The notes under the pieces: model-generated
The model's input: only the letters and a program-made list of their open reading frames with translations
The model's database searches: none
Told to the model about the DNA's origin: nothing
Program-made: the position numbers and the translations under genes
In this document: positions 28,424-37,474 of the stretch, piece by piece
Position numbering within the stretch: position 1 is the stretch's first letter
Layout: the number at the start of each line of letters is the position of its first letter
Assembly: GCA_947594595.1 (NCBI GenBank)
Contig: CANQEE010000002.1
Coordinates: 1 to 45,539 of the forward strand
DNA: 45,539 bases
Direction: 5' to 3'
Source of the DNA: an uncultured Bacilli bacterium
GTDB taxonomy: Bacteria > Bacillota_I > Bacilli_A > RF39 > UBA660

Positions 28424-28851
28424 AATATTTAGGACTTGATCTTGGAACTAAAACGTTAGGAGTGTCTATAAGTGATCCAACAGGACTTCTTGCAAAAAGT
28501 TATACAGTAATACGACATCAAGATGAGCCAGATTACTTGGTGAAAGAAGTTCAAAAAATCGTTTCTCAGGAAAAAATTGAAGCAATTGTTTTGGGATATC
28601 CGAAAAATATGAACAACACTATTGGACCTCGTGCAGAAGCATCTCTTGCTTTTCAAAAAAAATTAGAGAAAGCCCTTCAAATTCCTGTTTTTCTTATGGA
28701 TGAGAGACTTTCTACAAAAGAAGCAGAAAAAGTTTTAATTCAAGGAAATATGAGAAGAGAAAAAAGAAAAAAAATCATTGATGCTATTGCTGCTGTCATT
28801 ATATTACAAGAATTTATGGATAAAAGGAGAATGGAAGATGGAAAAAAATAA
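28420..28851 (+). CDS. ruvX: Holliday-junction resolvase-like nuclease RuvX/YqgF
   Basis: YLGLDLGTKTLGVSISD, IVLGYPKNMNNT.GPR, and DERLSTKEAE. Confidence 0.92.
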   Translation: MKYLGLDLGTKTLGVSISDPTGLLAKSYTVIRHQDEPDYLVKEVQKIVSQEKIEAIVLGYPKNMNNTIGPRAEASLAFQKKLEKALQIPVFLMDERLSTKEAEKVLIQGNMRREKRKKIIDAIAAVIILQEFMDKRRMEDGKK

Positions 28852-29158
28852 ATTTGTATTAACAGATGAAGCTGGAAATGAAACAGTTTATGATGTATTG
28901 TTTACATTTGATAGTGAAGAAACAGGAAAAAGTTATATTGCTTATACGGATAATAGTAAAGATGAAAAAGGAAATGTGCAAGTTTTTGCTTCTATTTATC
29001 ATCCAGAAAGTGAAAATTCTAAATTAGAACCAATTACAACTGAAAAAGAATGGAAAGTGATTGAGACAATTTTAGAGACCATTCAAGAAGAAATTAAGAA
29101 ACAAATTCAAGAAGGAAAGGTTAATTTGGATGAAATCGGGGAAGGAACAGTAGAATAA
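28838..29158 (+). CDS. DUF1292-family protein
   Basis: Start moved to the ATG at 28838, 7 nt after AAGGAGA. LTDEAGNE..YDVLFTFDSEETGKSYIAYTD is typical. Completes the conserved ireB-ruvX-DUF1292 trio. Confidence 0.85.
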   Translation: MEKNKFVLTDEAGNETVYDVLFTFDSEETGKSYIAYTDNSKDEKGNVQVFASIYHPESENSKLEPITTEKEWKVIETILETIQEEIKKQIQEGKVNLDEIGEGTVE

Positions 29159-29335
29159 TTGATAAAAATCTAAAAAACTACAAAAATTAAAAAAGAAGAG
29201 AAGAAAAAGCTTTCAGAAAGAAGAAGAGATGAAAAAATCTTCTTTTTTTTGATGGAAAAGAGAAAAGAAATTGAAAATGCTTCCTTTGCAATCTAACTCT
29301 ATCTTTGATAAAACAAAAAAACAAAGGAGGAAATT

Positions 29336-30181
29336 ATGAAAAAATATTATACAGCTAAATATGACCGGGTCTTTAAAACAATATTTTGTAATGAAGATGA
29401 TACATATTTGATGAGAGAGTTTTTAACAAGAATCTTAGAAAGAAAAGTAGAGGAAGTTCAATTTTTAAGGAATGAAATAGGAATAGAGAATGTAGAAGAA
29501 CAAGTAAAGACAGTAGATGTTTTTGCACTCGTAGATGGAGTCTATTTACATATAGAGATGAATACAGGAAGAGGAGAAATTATTCATGCAAGGAACTTCA
29601 CTTATTTTACGTCTTTGTATAATAAGAAGACAGTACGAGGGGAGAAGATTGATTTAAAGAGTGAATTTATTCATATAGATTTTACATATGGACTAGGAAG
29701 GGGAAGGAAAGTAAAAGAAGAATATAAGGTGATGACAAAAGAGGGGAAGGAGTATGTGAAGAACATAAAAATGATCGAATATAACATGGACAGGGTAAAG
29801 GAATTCTGGTATGATAAAGACGAAGAGAAAATAAAGAAATATAAACATTTAATTATGTTAGATTTAGAGAAAGAGGAACTAAGGAAGATAGGAAGAGGAG
29901 AAGAATTTATGGAGAGATTTGAGAAGAAAATAAATCAATTAAATGAAGATGAAACGTTTCAGAGTTGGATGAGTCGAGAAGAAGATATGAGGATTGTAGC
30001 GAATACAGAGAAAGCGATGGCATATGAAGAGGGGGAAAAGCAAGGAATTCAACAAGGATCTATTTCAAAAATGGAAGAAATTGCCAAAAATATGTTAAAA
30101 AAGAAAACAGATCTTTCTTTTATAGCAGAAGTAACAGGCCTTACAGTACAAGAAATTAAGAAACTTTCTAAAATATCATAA
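29336..30181 (+). CDS. Rpn-family recombination-promoting nuclease / putative transposase (PD-(D/E)XK)
   Basis: N-terminal YDRVFKTIF, then VDVFA...YLHIEMN (D...E-x-N/Q nuclease core). C-terminal HTH-like tail FIAEVTGLTVQEIKKL. Confidence 0.75.
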   Translation: MKKYYTAKYDRVFKTIFCNEDDTYLMREFLTRILERKVEEVQFLRNEIGIENVEEQVKTVDVFALVDGVYLHIEMNTGRGEIIHARNFTYFTSLYNKKTVRGEKIDLKSEFIHIDFTYGLGRGRKVKEEYKVMTKEGKEYVKNIKMIEYNMDRVKEFWYDKDEEKIKKYKHLIMLDLEKEELRKIGRGEEFMERFEKKINQLNEDETFQSWMSREEDMRIVANTEKAMAYEEGEKQGIQQGSISKMEEIAKNMLKKKTDLSFIAEVTGLTVQEIKKLSKIS

Positions 30182-30187
30182 AAAAGA

Positions 30188-30216
30188 TTGACATTTTTAA
30201 AAAATTTGCATATATT
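30188..30216 (+). promoter_or_regulatory. sigma-A-type promoter of the infC-rpmI-rplT operon
   Basis: TTGACA - 17 nt - TATATT. Confidence 0.65.
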
Positions 30217-30351
30217 ATTAGCAGTGATGAAAAGGAAAGCGATTGATATCCACCTGATTGCGAAAAGCAGTAGGTAAAAAGCCAATAAAAGAAAAAAAGA
30301 AAAGTTTAATGGTTTTTAAGTGGATATTCGCATATCCACTTTTCATATGTT
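30217..30351 (+). promoter_or_regulatory. 5' leader with terminator-like hairpin and alternative pairing (L20-leader-type attenuator candidate)
   Basis: 9-bp hairpin agtggatat-tcgc-atatccact (30319-30340) followed by TTT. A second copy of atatccac at 30246-30253 can pair with the same 5' arm. Confidence 0.45.
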
Positions 30352-30366
30352 TTGGAGGTGTTTTGT

Positions 30367-30900
30367 ATCGCAAATAGTAAGGGAAATAATTTACTAGTTA
30401 ATGACCAAATTCAAGCAAAAGAAGTTTTGGTAATTGGTCCTAACGGGGAACAAGTTGGGATTAAATCAATAGAAGATGCCAAAACGTTAGCATCTTATGC
30501 TGCTTTAGATCTTGTTTTAATGAATCCGAATGGGAATCCTCCTGTTTGTAAAGTGATGGATTATAACAAATATCGATATGAGAAAAATAAGAAAGAAAAA
30601 GAAGCTTTAAAAAAACAAAGAGCCAATCAACAGGAATTAAAAGAATATCGTTTATCTCCTGTGATTGATGTGGGAGATTTTGAAACAAAGCTAAAAAATG
30701 CATCCAAATATTTACACAAAGGAGATAAGGTAAAACTTACCATTCGTTTTAAAGGAAGACAAATGGCCCATACAGAATTAGGTCGAGAAGTATTAGAAAA
30801 ATTTGCAAGTCGTTGTAGTGAATTTGCAGAAGTACAAGATAAACCAAAACTAGATGGAAGAGTTATGAGTATGCTCTTAGTACCAAAAAAAGAAAAATAG
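30367..30900 (+). CDS. infC: translation initiation factor IF-3
   Basis: VNDQIQAKEVLVIGPNGEQVGI...PPVCKVMDYNKYRYE...KEYRLSPVIDVGDFETKL. The track's TTG at 30352 overlaps the SD GGAGGTG (30354-30360). The first in-frame codon at proper spacing is ATC at 30367. Confidence 0.9.
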   Translation: MANSKGNNLLVNDQIQAKEVLVIGPNGEQVGIKSIEDAKTLASYAALDLVLMNPNGNPPVCKVMDYNKYRYEKNKKEKEALKKQRANQQELKEYRLSPVIDVGDFETKLKNASKYLHKGDKVKLTIRFKGRQMAHTELGREVLEKFASRCSEFAEVQDKPKLDGRVMSMLLVPKKEK

Positions 30901-30913
30901 AAGGAGTGAGATT

Positions 30914-31102
30914 ATGCCAAAATTAAAAACACATAAAGGATCAAAAAAGGTATTCAAAGTACGAAAAGGTGGAAGCATCAAAATAGGACATCCAGGAAGT
31001 AGACATAATACAGGATATAAAGCAAGAAAAATCAATCGAAAGAAAAGAAGCAGCTCTACGTTAAGTAAAGCAGATCAAAGTCGTTTGAAAAATATCATTT
31101 AA
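30914..31102 (+). CDS. rpmI: 50S ribosomal protein L35
   Basis: MPKLKTHKGSKKVFKVRKGG pattern, in operon position after infC. Confidence 0.93.
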   Translation: MPKLKTHKGSKKVFKVRKGGSIKIGHPGSRHNTGYKARKINRKKRSSSTLSKADQSRLKNII

Positions 31103-31120
31103 TAAAAGGAGGTAAGAAAA

Positions 31121-31708
31121 ATGACAAGAGTAAAAAACAGTGTAACAACAAAAGCACGTCATAAAAAGGTATTAAAACAAGCCAAAGGATACTTTGGAAG
31201 TAAACATAGACTTTATAAAACAGCAAAGGAACAATTGATGCATTCTGGACAATATGCATTTAGAGATCGTAAACAAAAGAAAAGAGATTTTCGAAAATTA
31301 TGGATTACAAGAATCAATGCAGCTTGTCGTGAAGAAGGGATCAGTTATTCTAGATTTATAGAAGGACTTACAAAGGCAGGAGTTGAAATCAATCGTAAGA
31401 TGTTAGCAGAAATTGCAATTCGTGATAAAGAAGCCTTTAAAGATTTAGTTCGTATCTCAAAGGAAGGAAGAGAAGGAAAAGTATCTCCAACTAAGCAAGA
31501 AGGAAAGCAAGAAGTTACGATTGCTTCTTCTTCTAAGAAAGTGGATGAGAAAAAAGAAATTTCACCAAAGAAAAAAGAAGAAAAGAAGGAAGAAACAACA
31601 GATCTTAGCACAATGACGGTTGCTGCATTAAAAGAACTTGCCAAAGAAAAAGGAATTAAAGGTGCAAGTACGATGAAAAAAGCAGATTTATTGGAAGCTT
31701 TAAAATAA
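31121..31708 (+). CDS. rplT: 50S ribosomal protein L20 with ~75-aa C-terminal extension ending in a HeH (Rho_N/SAP-like) module
   Basis: L20 core [26 protein letters not shown]...[11 protein letters not shown] is complete by about aa 118. It is followed by a K/E-rich linker and [35 protein letters not shown]. Confidence 0.93.
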   Translation: MTRVKNSVTTKARHKKVLKQAKGYFGSKHRLYKTAKEQLMHSGQYAFRDRKQKKRDFRKLWITRINAACREEGISYSRFIEGLTKAGVEINRKMLAEIAIRDKEAFKDLVRISKEGREGKVSPTKQEGKQEVTIASSSKKVDEKKEISPKKKEEKKEETTDLSTMTVAALKELAKEKGIKGASTMKKADLLEALK

Positions 31709-31800
31709 AAAACATATTTGTGAATGGAAGGACCGAGTGCTCTAAAAGAGTGGAACTTCTTCGAAACAAATAGAAGAAAAAACGAAAAGGAGATAAAAAT

Positions 31801-32745
31801 ATGACAGTAGTATCAATGAGTTATTTATTAGAAGCAGGAGTACATTTTGGACATCAAAAAAGAAGATGGAATCCAAAAATGAAAGAATACATTTATACAA
31901 CAAGAGATGACATTTATATTATTGATTTACAAAAAACAGCTAAAAAAATGGAAGAGGCCTATGAAGCTATTCGAGAAATTGCAGAAGCAGGAGGAAAATT
32001 CCTATTTGTAGGAACAAAAAAACAAGCACAAGAAGCCGCAGAAGAAAATGCAGTTCGTACAAATATGTATTTTGTTAACGAACGTTGGTTAGGGGGAACT
32101 CTTACAAATTTTAAGACAATTCGTTCTAGAATTCGTAGAATGGAACAAATTGAAAAAATGGAAGAGGATGGAACTTTTGATTTACTTCCTAAGAAAGAAG
32201 TAATTCAAATTCGTAAAGAGTATGATAAATTAAATAAGAATTTACGTGGAATTCGTGAGATGAAGAAAACTCCACAAGCATTGATTCTTGTAGATCCAAA
32301 AAAGGAAGAAATTGCAATTAAAGAAGCAAGAATTCTTGGGATTCCTGTATTTGGTATTGTAGATACAAATTGTGATCCAGATATGGTAGATTATGTAATT
32401 CCAGGAAATGATGATGCCGTTCGTGCTGTAAAACTTATGATAGGGGCTCTTACAAATGCTATTGCAGAAGTAAATGGAAATGAAATTATAGATTATATAA
32501 CAGAAGAAGATAAAACAAAGGAACCAAAAAAAGAAAAAGTTGAAAAAACAAAAACAGAAGAGAAAGAAGTGCAAGAAGTTCCTGTTGAAGTAGTAGAAGA
32601 GAAAAAAGAGAAAAACTCTTCTAAAAAAGAGAGTGTAGATCTTACAACGCTTTCTCTAACAGAATTGAAGGAAAAAGCAAAAGAAGTAGGAATTAAGGGA
32701 TACTCTAAAATGAAGAAAGCAGAACTAATTGAAGCATTAAAGTAA
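31801..32745 (+). CDS. rpsB: 30S ribosomal protein S2 with ~70-aa C-terminal extension ending in a HeH (Rho_N/SAP-like) module
   Basis: [19 protein letters not shown]..., [20 protein letters not shown]. Then a K/E-rich linker and [35 protein letters not shown]. Confidence 0.93.
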   Translation: MTVVSMSYLLEAGVHFGHQKRRWNPKMKEYIYTTRDDIYIIDLQKTAKKMEEAYEAIREIAEAGGKFLFVGTKKQAQEAAEENAVRTNMYFVNERWLGGTLTNFKTIRSRIRRMEQIEKMEEDGTFDLLPKKEVIQIRKEYDKLNKNLRGIREMKKTPQALILVDPKKEEIAIKEARILGIPVFGIVDTNCDPDMVDYVIPGNDDAVRAVKLMIGALTNAIAEVNGNEIIDYITEEDKTKEPKKEKVEKTKTEEKEVQEVPVEVVEEKKEKNSSKKESVDLTTLSLTELKEKAKEVGIKGYSKMKKAELIEALK

Positions 32746-32805
32746 AAAGGAAGGAGGAGGGGTTTCTCCTTTTTCTTTGAAAAATAAAAAAGAAAGGTGA
32801 TAAAA

Positions 32806-33681
32806 ATGAAAGCAAGTGATATAAAAGAGTTAAGAGATCGAACAGGCGCAGGAATGCTCGATTGTAAAAAGGCATTAGAGGAAACCAATGGAGAGATGGA
32901 AAAAGCCATTGATTGGTTACGTGAGAAAGGAATCAGTAAAGCAGCTAAGAAAGAATCTAGAATTGCAGCAGAAGGAATTTGCGAAATTCAAGTCGATGGA
33001 AATGTTGCAGTGATGGTAGAAGTAAATTCAGAAACAGATTTTGTTGCCAAAAATAAAGAATTTACAGATTTTGTAGATCATTTAACTACAGAAATTTTAA
33101 AAAATGAAGTAGAAACAGTAGAGGATGCACTCAAAATTGAGGAAGAAGGAGAAACGATTTCTTCTAAACTAGTTGCTTTAGTAGCTAAAATAGGAGAAAA
33201 AATTTCTTTCCGCCGTTTTGTTCGAATTCAAAAACAAGAAAATGAATTTTTCGGAGCTTACACTCATATGGGTGGAAAAATAGGAACCCTTGTCGTCTTA
33301 GAAGGAGGAAACGAAGAAGTTGCCAAAGATGTTGCTATGCATGCAGCTGCAATGAATCCAACTTGTATTGATCGTGCTTCTGTACCAGAAGAGCTTGTAG
33401 AAAGAGAAAGTGCTGTAATCAAAGAACAAGTGATGAATGAAGGAAAACCAAAAGAAATTGCAGAAAAAATGGTAGTCGGACGTCTTAATAAATTTTATAA
33501 AGAAATTTGTTTAGAGGAACAAGAATTTATAAAAGATTCTAGTATGAATGTAGGAACTTACGTAAAAAATAATCATGGAAAAATAAAAGCAATGTACCGA
33601 TATCAAGTAGGTGAAGGAATTGAGAAAAAAGAAGAAGACTTTGCTAGTGAGGTCATGAGCCAAATCCATGGAGCCAATTAA
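32806..33681 (+). CDS. tsf: elongation factor Ts
   Basis: IKELRDRTGAGMLDCKKALEE (UBA-like N-terminus). ATG at 32806 preferred, because the track's GTG at 32797 sits within the SD AAAGGTGA. Confidence 0.94.
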   Translation: MKASDIKELRDRTGAGMLDCKKALEETNGEMEKAIDWLREKGISKAAKKESRIAAEGICEIQVDGNVAVMVEVNSETDFVAKNKEFTDFVDHLTTEILKNEVETVEDALKIEEEGETISSKLVALVAKIGEKISFRRFVRIQKQENEFFGAYTHMGGKIGTLVVLEGGNEEVAKDVAMHAAAMNPTCIDRASVPEELVERESAVIKEQVMNEGKPKEIAEKMVVGRLNKFYKEICLEEQEFIKDSSMNVGTYVKNNHGKIKAMYRYQVGEGIEKKEEDFASEVMSQIHGAN

Positions 33682-33686
33682 GAAAA

Positions 33687-34253
33687 ATGAGGAAGTACGT
33701 TCTTTTTTCTCTTCTGTTTTTTCTTCTTTTAACAGCTTGTTCTGTTAAAAAAGTAGAAGAAGTAACAGATGGAGAAAAATTTGCAATGGAATATGATATT
33801 CAAAAAGAAAATCCGTTTGTCTATTTAAATACAAAAGAAATGCTTGAATTTGTTCAAACAGGAAGTGGAATTCTCTATTTTGGATTTCCTGAATGTCCTT
33901 GGTGTAAAGAAGCAATTTCTATATTCAATGAAGTGTTGGATGAGAAAAACGTAGAGAAAGTTTACTATTATAATCCTAAAAAAATTCGAGAAGAAAATAC
34001 AAAATCTTATCAAAAGTTGATTCAATTATTAGAAGAAGAACTCATTGAAGATGAAGAAAAGCACCCAAGATTATATGTTCCTGATATTTATGTATTTAAA
34101 GATGGAAAAGTAATAGATCATAACAATCGTCTTTCTGTTGTCTCTGGAAATATGGAAGAATATTTAACTTTAGAAAAAAGAAAAACAATTAAAAAAGAGT
34201 TTACAAATTTAGTTGCAAAATATACGGTAAAAGAATGTGAGACTTGTAATTAA
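33687..34253 (+). CDS. thioredoxin-fold lipoprotein (CPWC active site)
   Basis: Signal peptide with lipobox LLTAC. FGFPECPWCKEA (CxxC at 33894-33905). Confidence 0.75.
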   Translation: MRKYVLFSLLFFLLLTACSVKKVEEVTDGEKFAMEYDIQKENPFVYLNTKEMLEFVQTGSGILYFGFPECPWCKEAISIFNEVLDEKNVEKVYYYNPKKIREENTKSYQKLIQLLEEELIEDEEKHPRLYVPDIYVFKDGKVIDHNNRLSVVSGNMEEYLTLEKRKTIKKEFTNLVAKYTVKECETCN

Positions 34254-34286
34254 CATTCTTTTTCTATCTATAGGAGGAAAAAGTGT

Positions 34287-35093
34287 ATGAAAAGAATTCC
34301 AAACATTCAAATTACGGATGCCATGTTAAGAAAATACTTTAATCGACATTTTTTAAAAATTGATGGTGGAGAATCAAGAGTTTTCTTTTCTTTTTCTTTA
34401 AAAAGGAAAGGTGTTGTAAGAAAAATATTTTCTCGAGGTGGAAGTTATGCGAGTAAGACGAAGGAAGAATTTTCTCAAATTTGTGAAAATAAATATGAAA
34501 AAATTCAAAGAATTTCACAAAAAAACCTTCCTTTAAATGAAGTAGAAATACTTTCTACAATCAGTGACCAAAACGGCTGCTTTATAGGATATGATATGGT
34601 ATGGGATCCTTTTACAAAATCTCTTTTTGATAGAAACAATGAAGAAAAACAGTTCAAAAATAGAGAAAAAATATTTTATTTTGATCAAATTCCTGCTCTT
34701 TTAGAAGAATGTCATGAACAAGGAATCGTTTATGGAGATCTTCGAACTCGTAACATTTTAATCAATAAAAAAACAGGAAAAGTGAGTCTTTGTGATTGGG
34801 ATAATACACAAGTAGATGATTGTATTGTAGATTTAATAGAACATCACCTACATCCATTTCAAAAGAAAGATTATACTTTTCCTAAATCAGTAGATGCATA
34901 TATGTATAATTTGCTTTTGATTGAAGAGTTAACTGGTTTTTCTAGTGAAGATGAGTTGCTTTTAAAATTAAAAGAGAAAGATACATCCTTTTTTCAAGAA
35001 GAAGCCATTCCATTGTTAGAAAAGATGAAATTTGGAAGAAATAAAGGAGAATATGATGGAACATATATGCAACCTTATATAAAGAGAAAGTAA
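34287..35093 (+). CDS. atypical protein-kinase-like / APH-ChoK-like phosphotransferase-fold protein
   Basis: Catalytic-loop-like IVYGDLRTRNILI (34725-34763) and metal-binding-like CDWDN (DWD 34794-34802). Possible G-loop DGGESRVF and Lys in VVRKIF. Confidence 0.55.
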   Translation: MKRIPNIQITDAMLRKYFNRHFLKIDGGESRVFFSFSLKRKGVVRKIFSRGGSYASKTKEEFSQICENKYEKIQRISQKNLPLNEVEILSTISDQNGCFIGYDMVWDPFTKSLFDRNNEEKQFKNREKIFYFDQIPALLEECHEQGIVYGDLRTRNILINKKTGKVSLCDWDNTQVDDCIVDLIEHHLHPFQKKDYTFPKSVDAYMYNLLLIEELTGFSSEDELLLKLKEKDTSFFQEEAIPLLEKMKFGRNKGEYDGTYMQPYIKRK

Positions 35094-35142
35094 TTTTTTT
35101 CATATTTTTAATGAAAAGTTTCTAAGAAAACAGATATATTTG

Positions 35143-35171
35143 TTGAAATAAAAGAAAAAAGTAGGTATAAT
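35143..35171 (+). promoter_or_regulatory. sigma-A-type promoter for tig
   Basis: TTGAAA - 17 nt - TATAAT. Confidence 0.65.
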
Positions 35172-35192
35172 ATAACGTATTGGAGGAATATT

Positions 35193-36461
35193 ATGGCAAA
35201 GAAAAAGAATAATTCTACCCATCAAGTAGAAATTAAAATTGATGGAAAAGAATGGAAAGATGCATTGGATGAAGTTTTTGAAGAAAAAGTAAAAACGATC
35301 ACAGTAGATGGATTTCGTAAGGGAAAATGTCCAAGAAGTGTCTATGAGAAAAAATTTGGAAAAGAAAGTTTATACATGGATGCAGCGGATAAAAAATTAC
35401 AAAGTGCTTATGAAAAAGCTATCGAAGAAAGTAAATTGATTCCAGTTGTACAACCTAATGTAGATTTAAAATCTATCGACGAGAAAGGTGTAACTTTTGT
35501 GTTTACTATTACAACCAAACCAGAAGTTATCGTTGAAAAATATAAAGGATTAGGAGTAAAACCAACAAAGGTGCAAGTAACCAAAGAAGAAATTGAACAT
35601 GAAATTGAACATCTTTTAGAGCGTTATACAGAAATGGTTAATAAAGAAGATGGAAAAGTGGAAGAAGGAAATCTTGCAATTATTGATTTTGAAGGATTTC
35701 ATAAAGGAAAGGCTTTTGATGGAGGAAAAGGAGAAAATTATTCTTTAGAAATTGGAAGTCATACTTTTATTCCAGGATTTGAAGAACAATTAGTTGGAAT
35801 GAAAAAAGGAGAAGAAAAAGAAATTCAAGTCACTTTTCCAGAAGAATATCCAAGTGAAGAGCTAAAAGGAGAAGAAGTCACTTTCAAAGTTAAAGTGAAT
35901 GAAATTAAAGAAAAACTTGCTCGTGAACTAGATCAAGACTTTTTTTCAGATCTTGCAATGGAAGGAATCAATGATCGAAAAAGTTTAGAAGAAGAAATCA
36001 AGAAAAATATAAAAGCACAAAAAGAGATGGATGCTGAAAATCAATATATTGATCATTTATTAGAAACAGTTTCTAAAAATGTTAAGGTTGATATTCCAGA
36101 AGCAATGGTAGAAGAAGAAGTAGAAAGATTGCTGCATCGAATGGAAGAAAACTTGAAGATGCAAGGAATTAGTTTAGAGCTTTTCTATCAATATACTCAT
36201 TCTGATGAGAAAGCATTAAAAGAGCAATTAGAAAAAGAAGCTTTTCAAAATGTATTGTATCGTTTAATGTTAGAGGAGATTATGAATCAAGAAAAGATAG
36301 AAGTTGGTCAAGAAGAAGCAGAAAAGGAAGCAGAACGCCTTTCTGAACAATATCAAATGAAGAAAGAAGAATTGATTCAGAGCTTTGGTGGACTTGATAT
36401 GATTGCATATGATCTTGAGATGAGAAAAACAATCGAATTATTAAAAGAAGCAAATAAATAA
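35193..36461 (+). CDS. tig: trigger factor
   Basis: N-terminal ribosome-binding motif GFRKGKCPRSV, central FKBP-like FIPGFEEQLVGMKKGE, and a helical C-domain. Confidence 0.94.
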   Translation: MAKKKNNSTHQVEIKIDGKEWKDALDEVFEEKVKTITVDGFRKGKCPRSVYEKKFGKESLYMDAADKKLQSAYEKAIEESKLIPVVQPNVDLKSIDEKGVTFVFTITTKPEVIVEKYKGLGVKPTKVQVTKEEIEHEIEHLLERYTEMVNKEDGKVEEGNLAIIDFEGFHKGKAFDGGKGENYSLEIGSHTFIPGFEEQLVGMKKGEEKEIQVTFPEEYPSEELKGEEVTFKVKVNEIKEKLARELDQDFFSDLAMEGINDRKSLEEEIKKNIKAQKEMDAENQYIDHLLETVSKNVKVDIPEAMVEEEVERLLHRMEENLKMQGISLELFYQYTHSDEKALKEQLEKEAFQNVLYRLMLEEIMNQEKIEVGQEEAEKEAERLSEQYQMKKEELIQSFGGLDMIAYDLEMRKTIELLKEANK

Positions 36462-36522
36462 GGAACCTTGCGAAAAGAAAAGGAACTTGATATACTTGTA
36501 AAGAGCAAAGAGGAGGGATAAT

Positions 36523-36687
36523 ATGGCAAAAGTAGGAAATCGACAAAAAAAGACTTTAGTCTGTACAGAGTGTAATGAAGAAAACTATCGTGTAGAAAAA
36601 AATGTAAAGAATACAACCGATCGTTTAGAACTTAGTAAATACTGTCCAAAATGTGGAAAGCATACTACACATAAGGAAAAGAAATAG
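36523..36687 (+). CDS. rpmG: 50S ribosomal protein L33 (absent from the ORF track, 54 aa)
   Basis: [65 protein letters not shown] 5 nt upstream. CxxC...CxxC zinc-ribbon form. Confidence 0.9.
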   Translation: MAKVGNRQKKTLVCTECNEENYRVEKNVKNTTDRLELSKYCPKCGKHTTHKEKK

Positions 36688-36870
36688 GAGCGTAAAAGTT
36701 AATGATAAAAAAAAGTAGGTATGACAATCCTTTTTTACCAAATTCATTTTATACAGATTTAATTGAACAACAGGCTAATATGCCATGTAACTTTGTAAAA
36801 CAACCAAAACAAAAAGGAAAGGTCATGACAAAGGAATATAAAGTACAAAGAAGAAAAGGGGGAAAAAGGC

Positions 36871-37428
36871 ATGACTAATTCCAATGATTTTAAACCAGGT
36901 TTAACGATTCAATTTGAAGGTGGTATTTACATGATTTTAGAAAGCCAACATGTAAAGCCAGGAAAAGGGGCAGCTATTGTCAAAGCAAAAATGAAGAATT
37001 TGAGAACAGGATCTATCATTGAAAAAACTTTTAATGCTGGTGTAAAAGTAGAAACAGCTCATATTTCTAAAAAGACAATGCAATTTTTATACAATATGGG
37101 AGATACCTATTATTTTATGAATATGCAAGATTATGAGCAAATTGAATTAGACAAAAGTGTTCTTTCAGAAGATGCTAAATTTTTGAAAGAAAATCTAGAG
37201 GTAGAAATCATCTTTTTTGAAGGAGAAATGCTAGGCATGAATTTACCTGATAAGATTGTGATGAAAGTGATTCGTACAGAAGGAGCCGTAAAAGGAAATA
37301 CTACTTCTTCTGCAATGAAAGATGCTGAACTTGAAACAGGAATGGTAATCAAGGTACCACTTTTTATTGAACAAGGAGAAGAAATTCTTGTAGGAACAAA
37401 AGATGGTAAATATGTATCAAGAGCATAA
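36871..37428 (+). CDS. efp: elongation factor P
   Basis: FKPGLTIQFEGGIYMILESQHVKPGKGAAIVKAKMKNLRTG, with the modification-loop Lys in KPGKG. Confidence 0.94.
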   Translation: MTNSNDFKPGLTIQFEGGIYMILESQHVKPGKGAAIVKAKMKNLRTGSIIEKTFNAGVKVETAHISKKTMQFLYNMGDTYYFMNMQDYEQIELDKSVLSEDAKFLKENLEVEIIFFEGEMLGMNLPDKIVMKVIRTEGAVKGNTTSSAMKDAELETGMVIKVPLFIEQGEEILVGTKDGKYVSRA

Positions 37429-37443
37429 GTTTGCTCTTTTTTT
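37419..37443 (+). terminator. terminator of efp
   Basis: aagagc / gctctt stem overlapping the stop codon, followed by TTTTTTT. Confidence 0.6.
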
Positions 37444-37474
37444 ATCAAAGAAAAAGAAAAAAGTAAAAAATAAT

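Noticed and set aside
31345-32909. Minus-strand ORFs antisense to rplT, rpsB and tsf (31345-31644, 32242-32574, 32493-32909)
   Set aside because: They are mirror images of the K/E-rich (AAG/GAA) linkers, which stay open on the opposite strand as F/S/L-rich frames. There are no translation signals.
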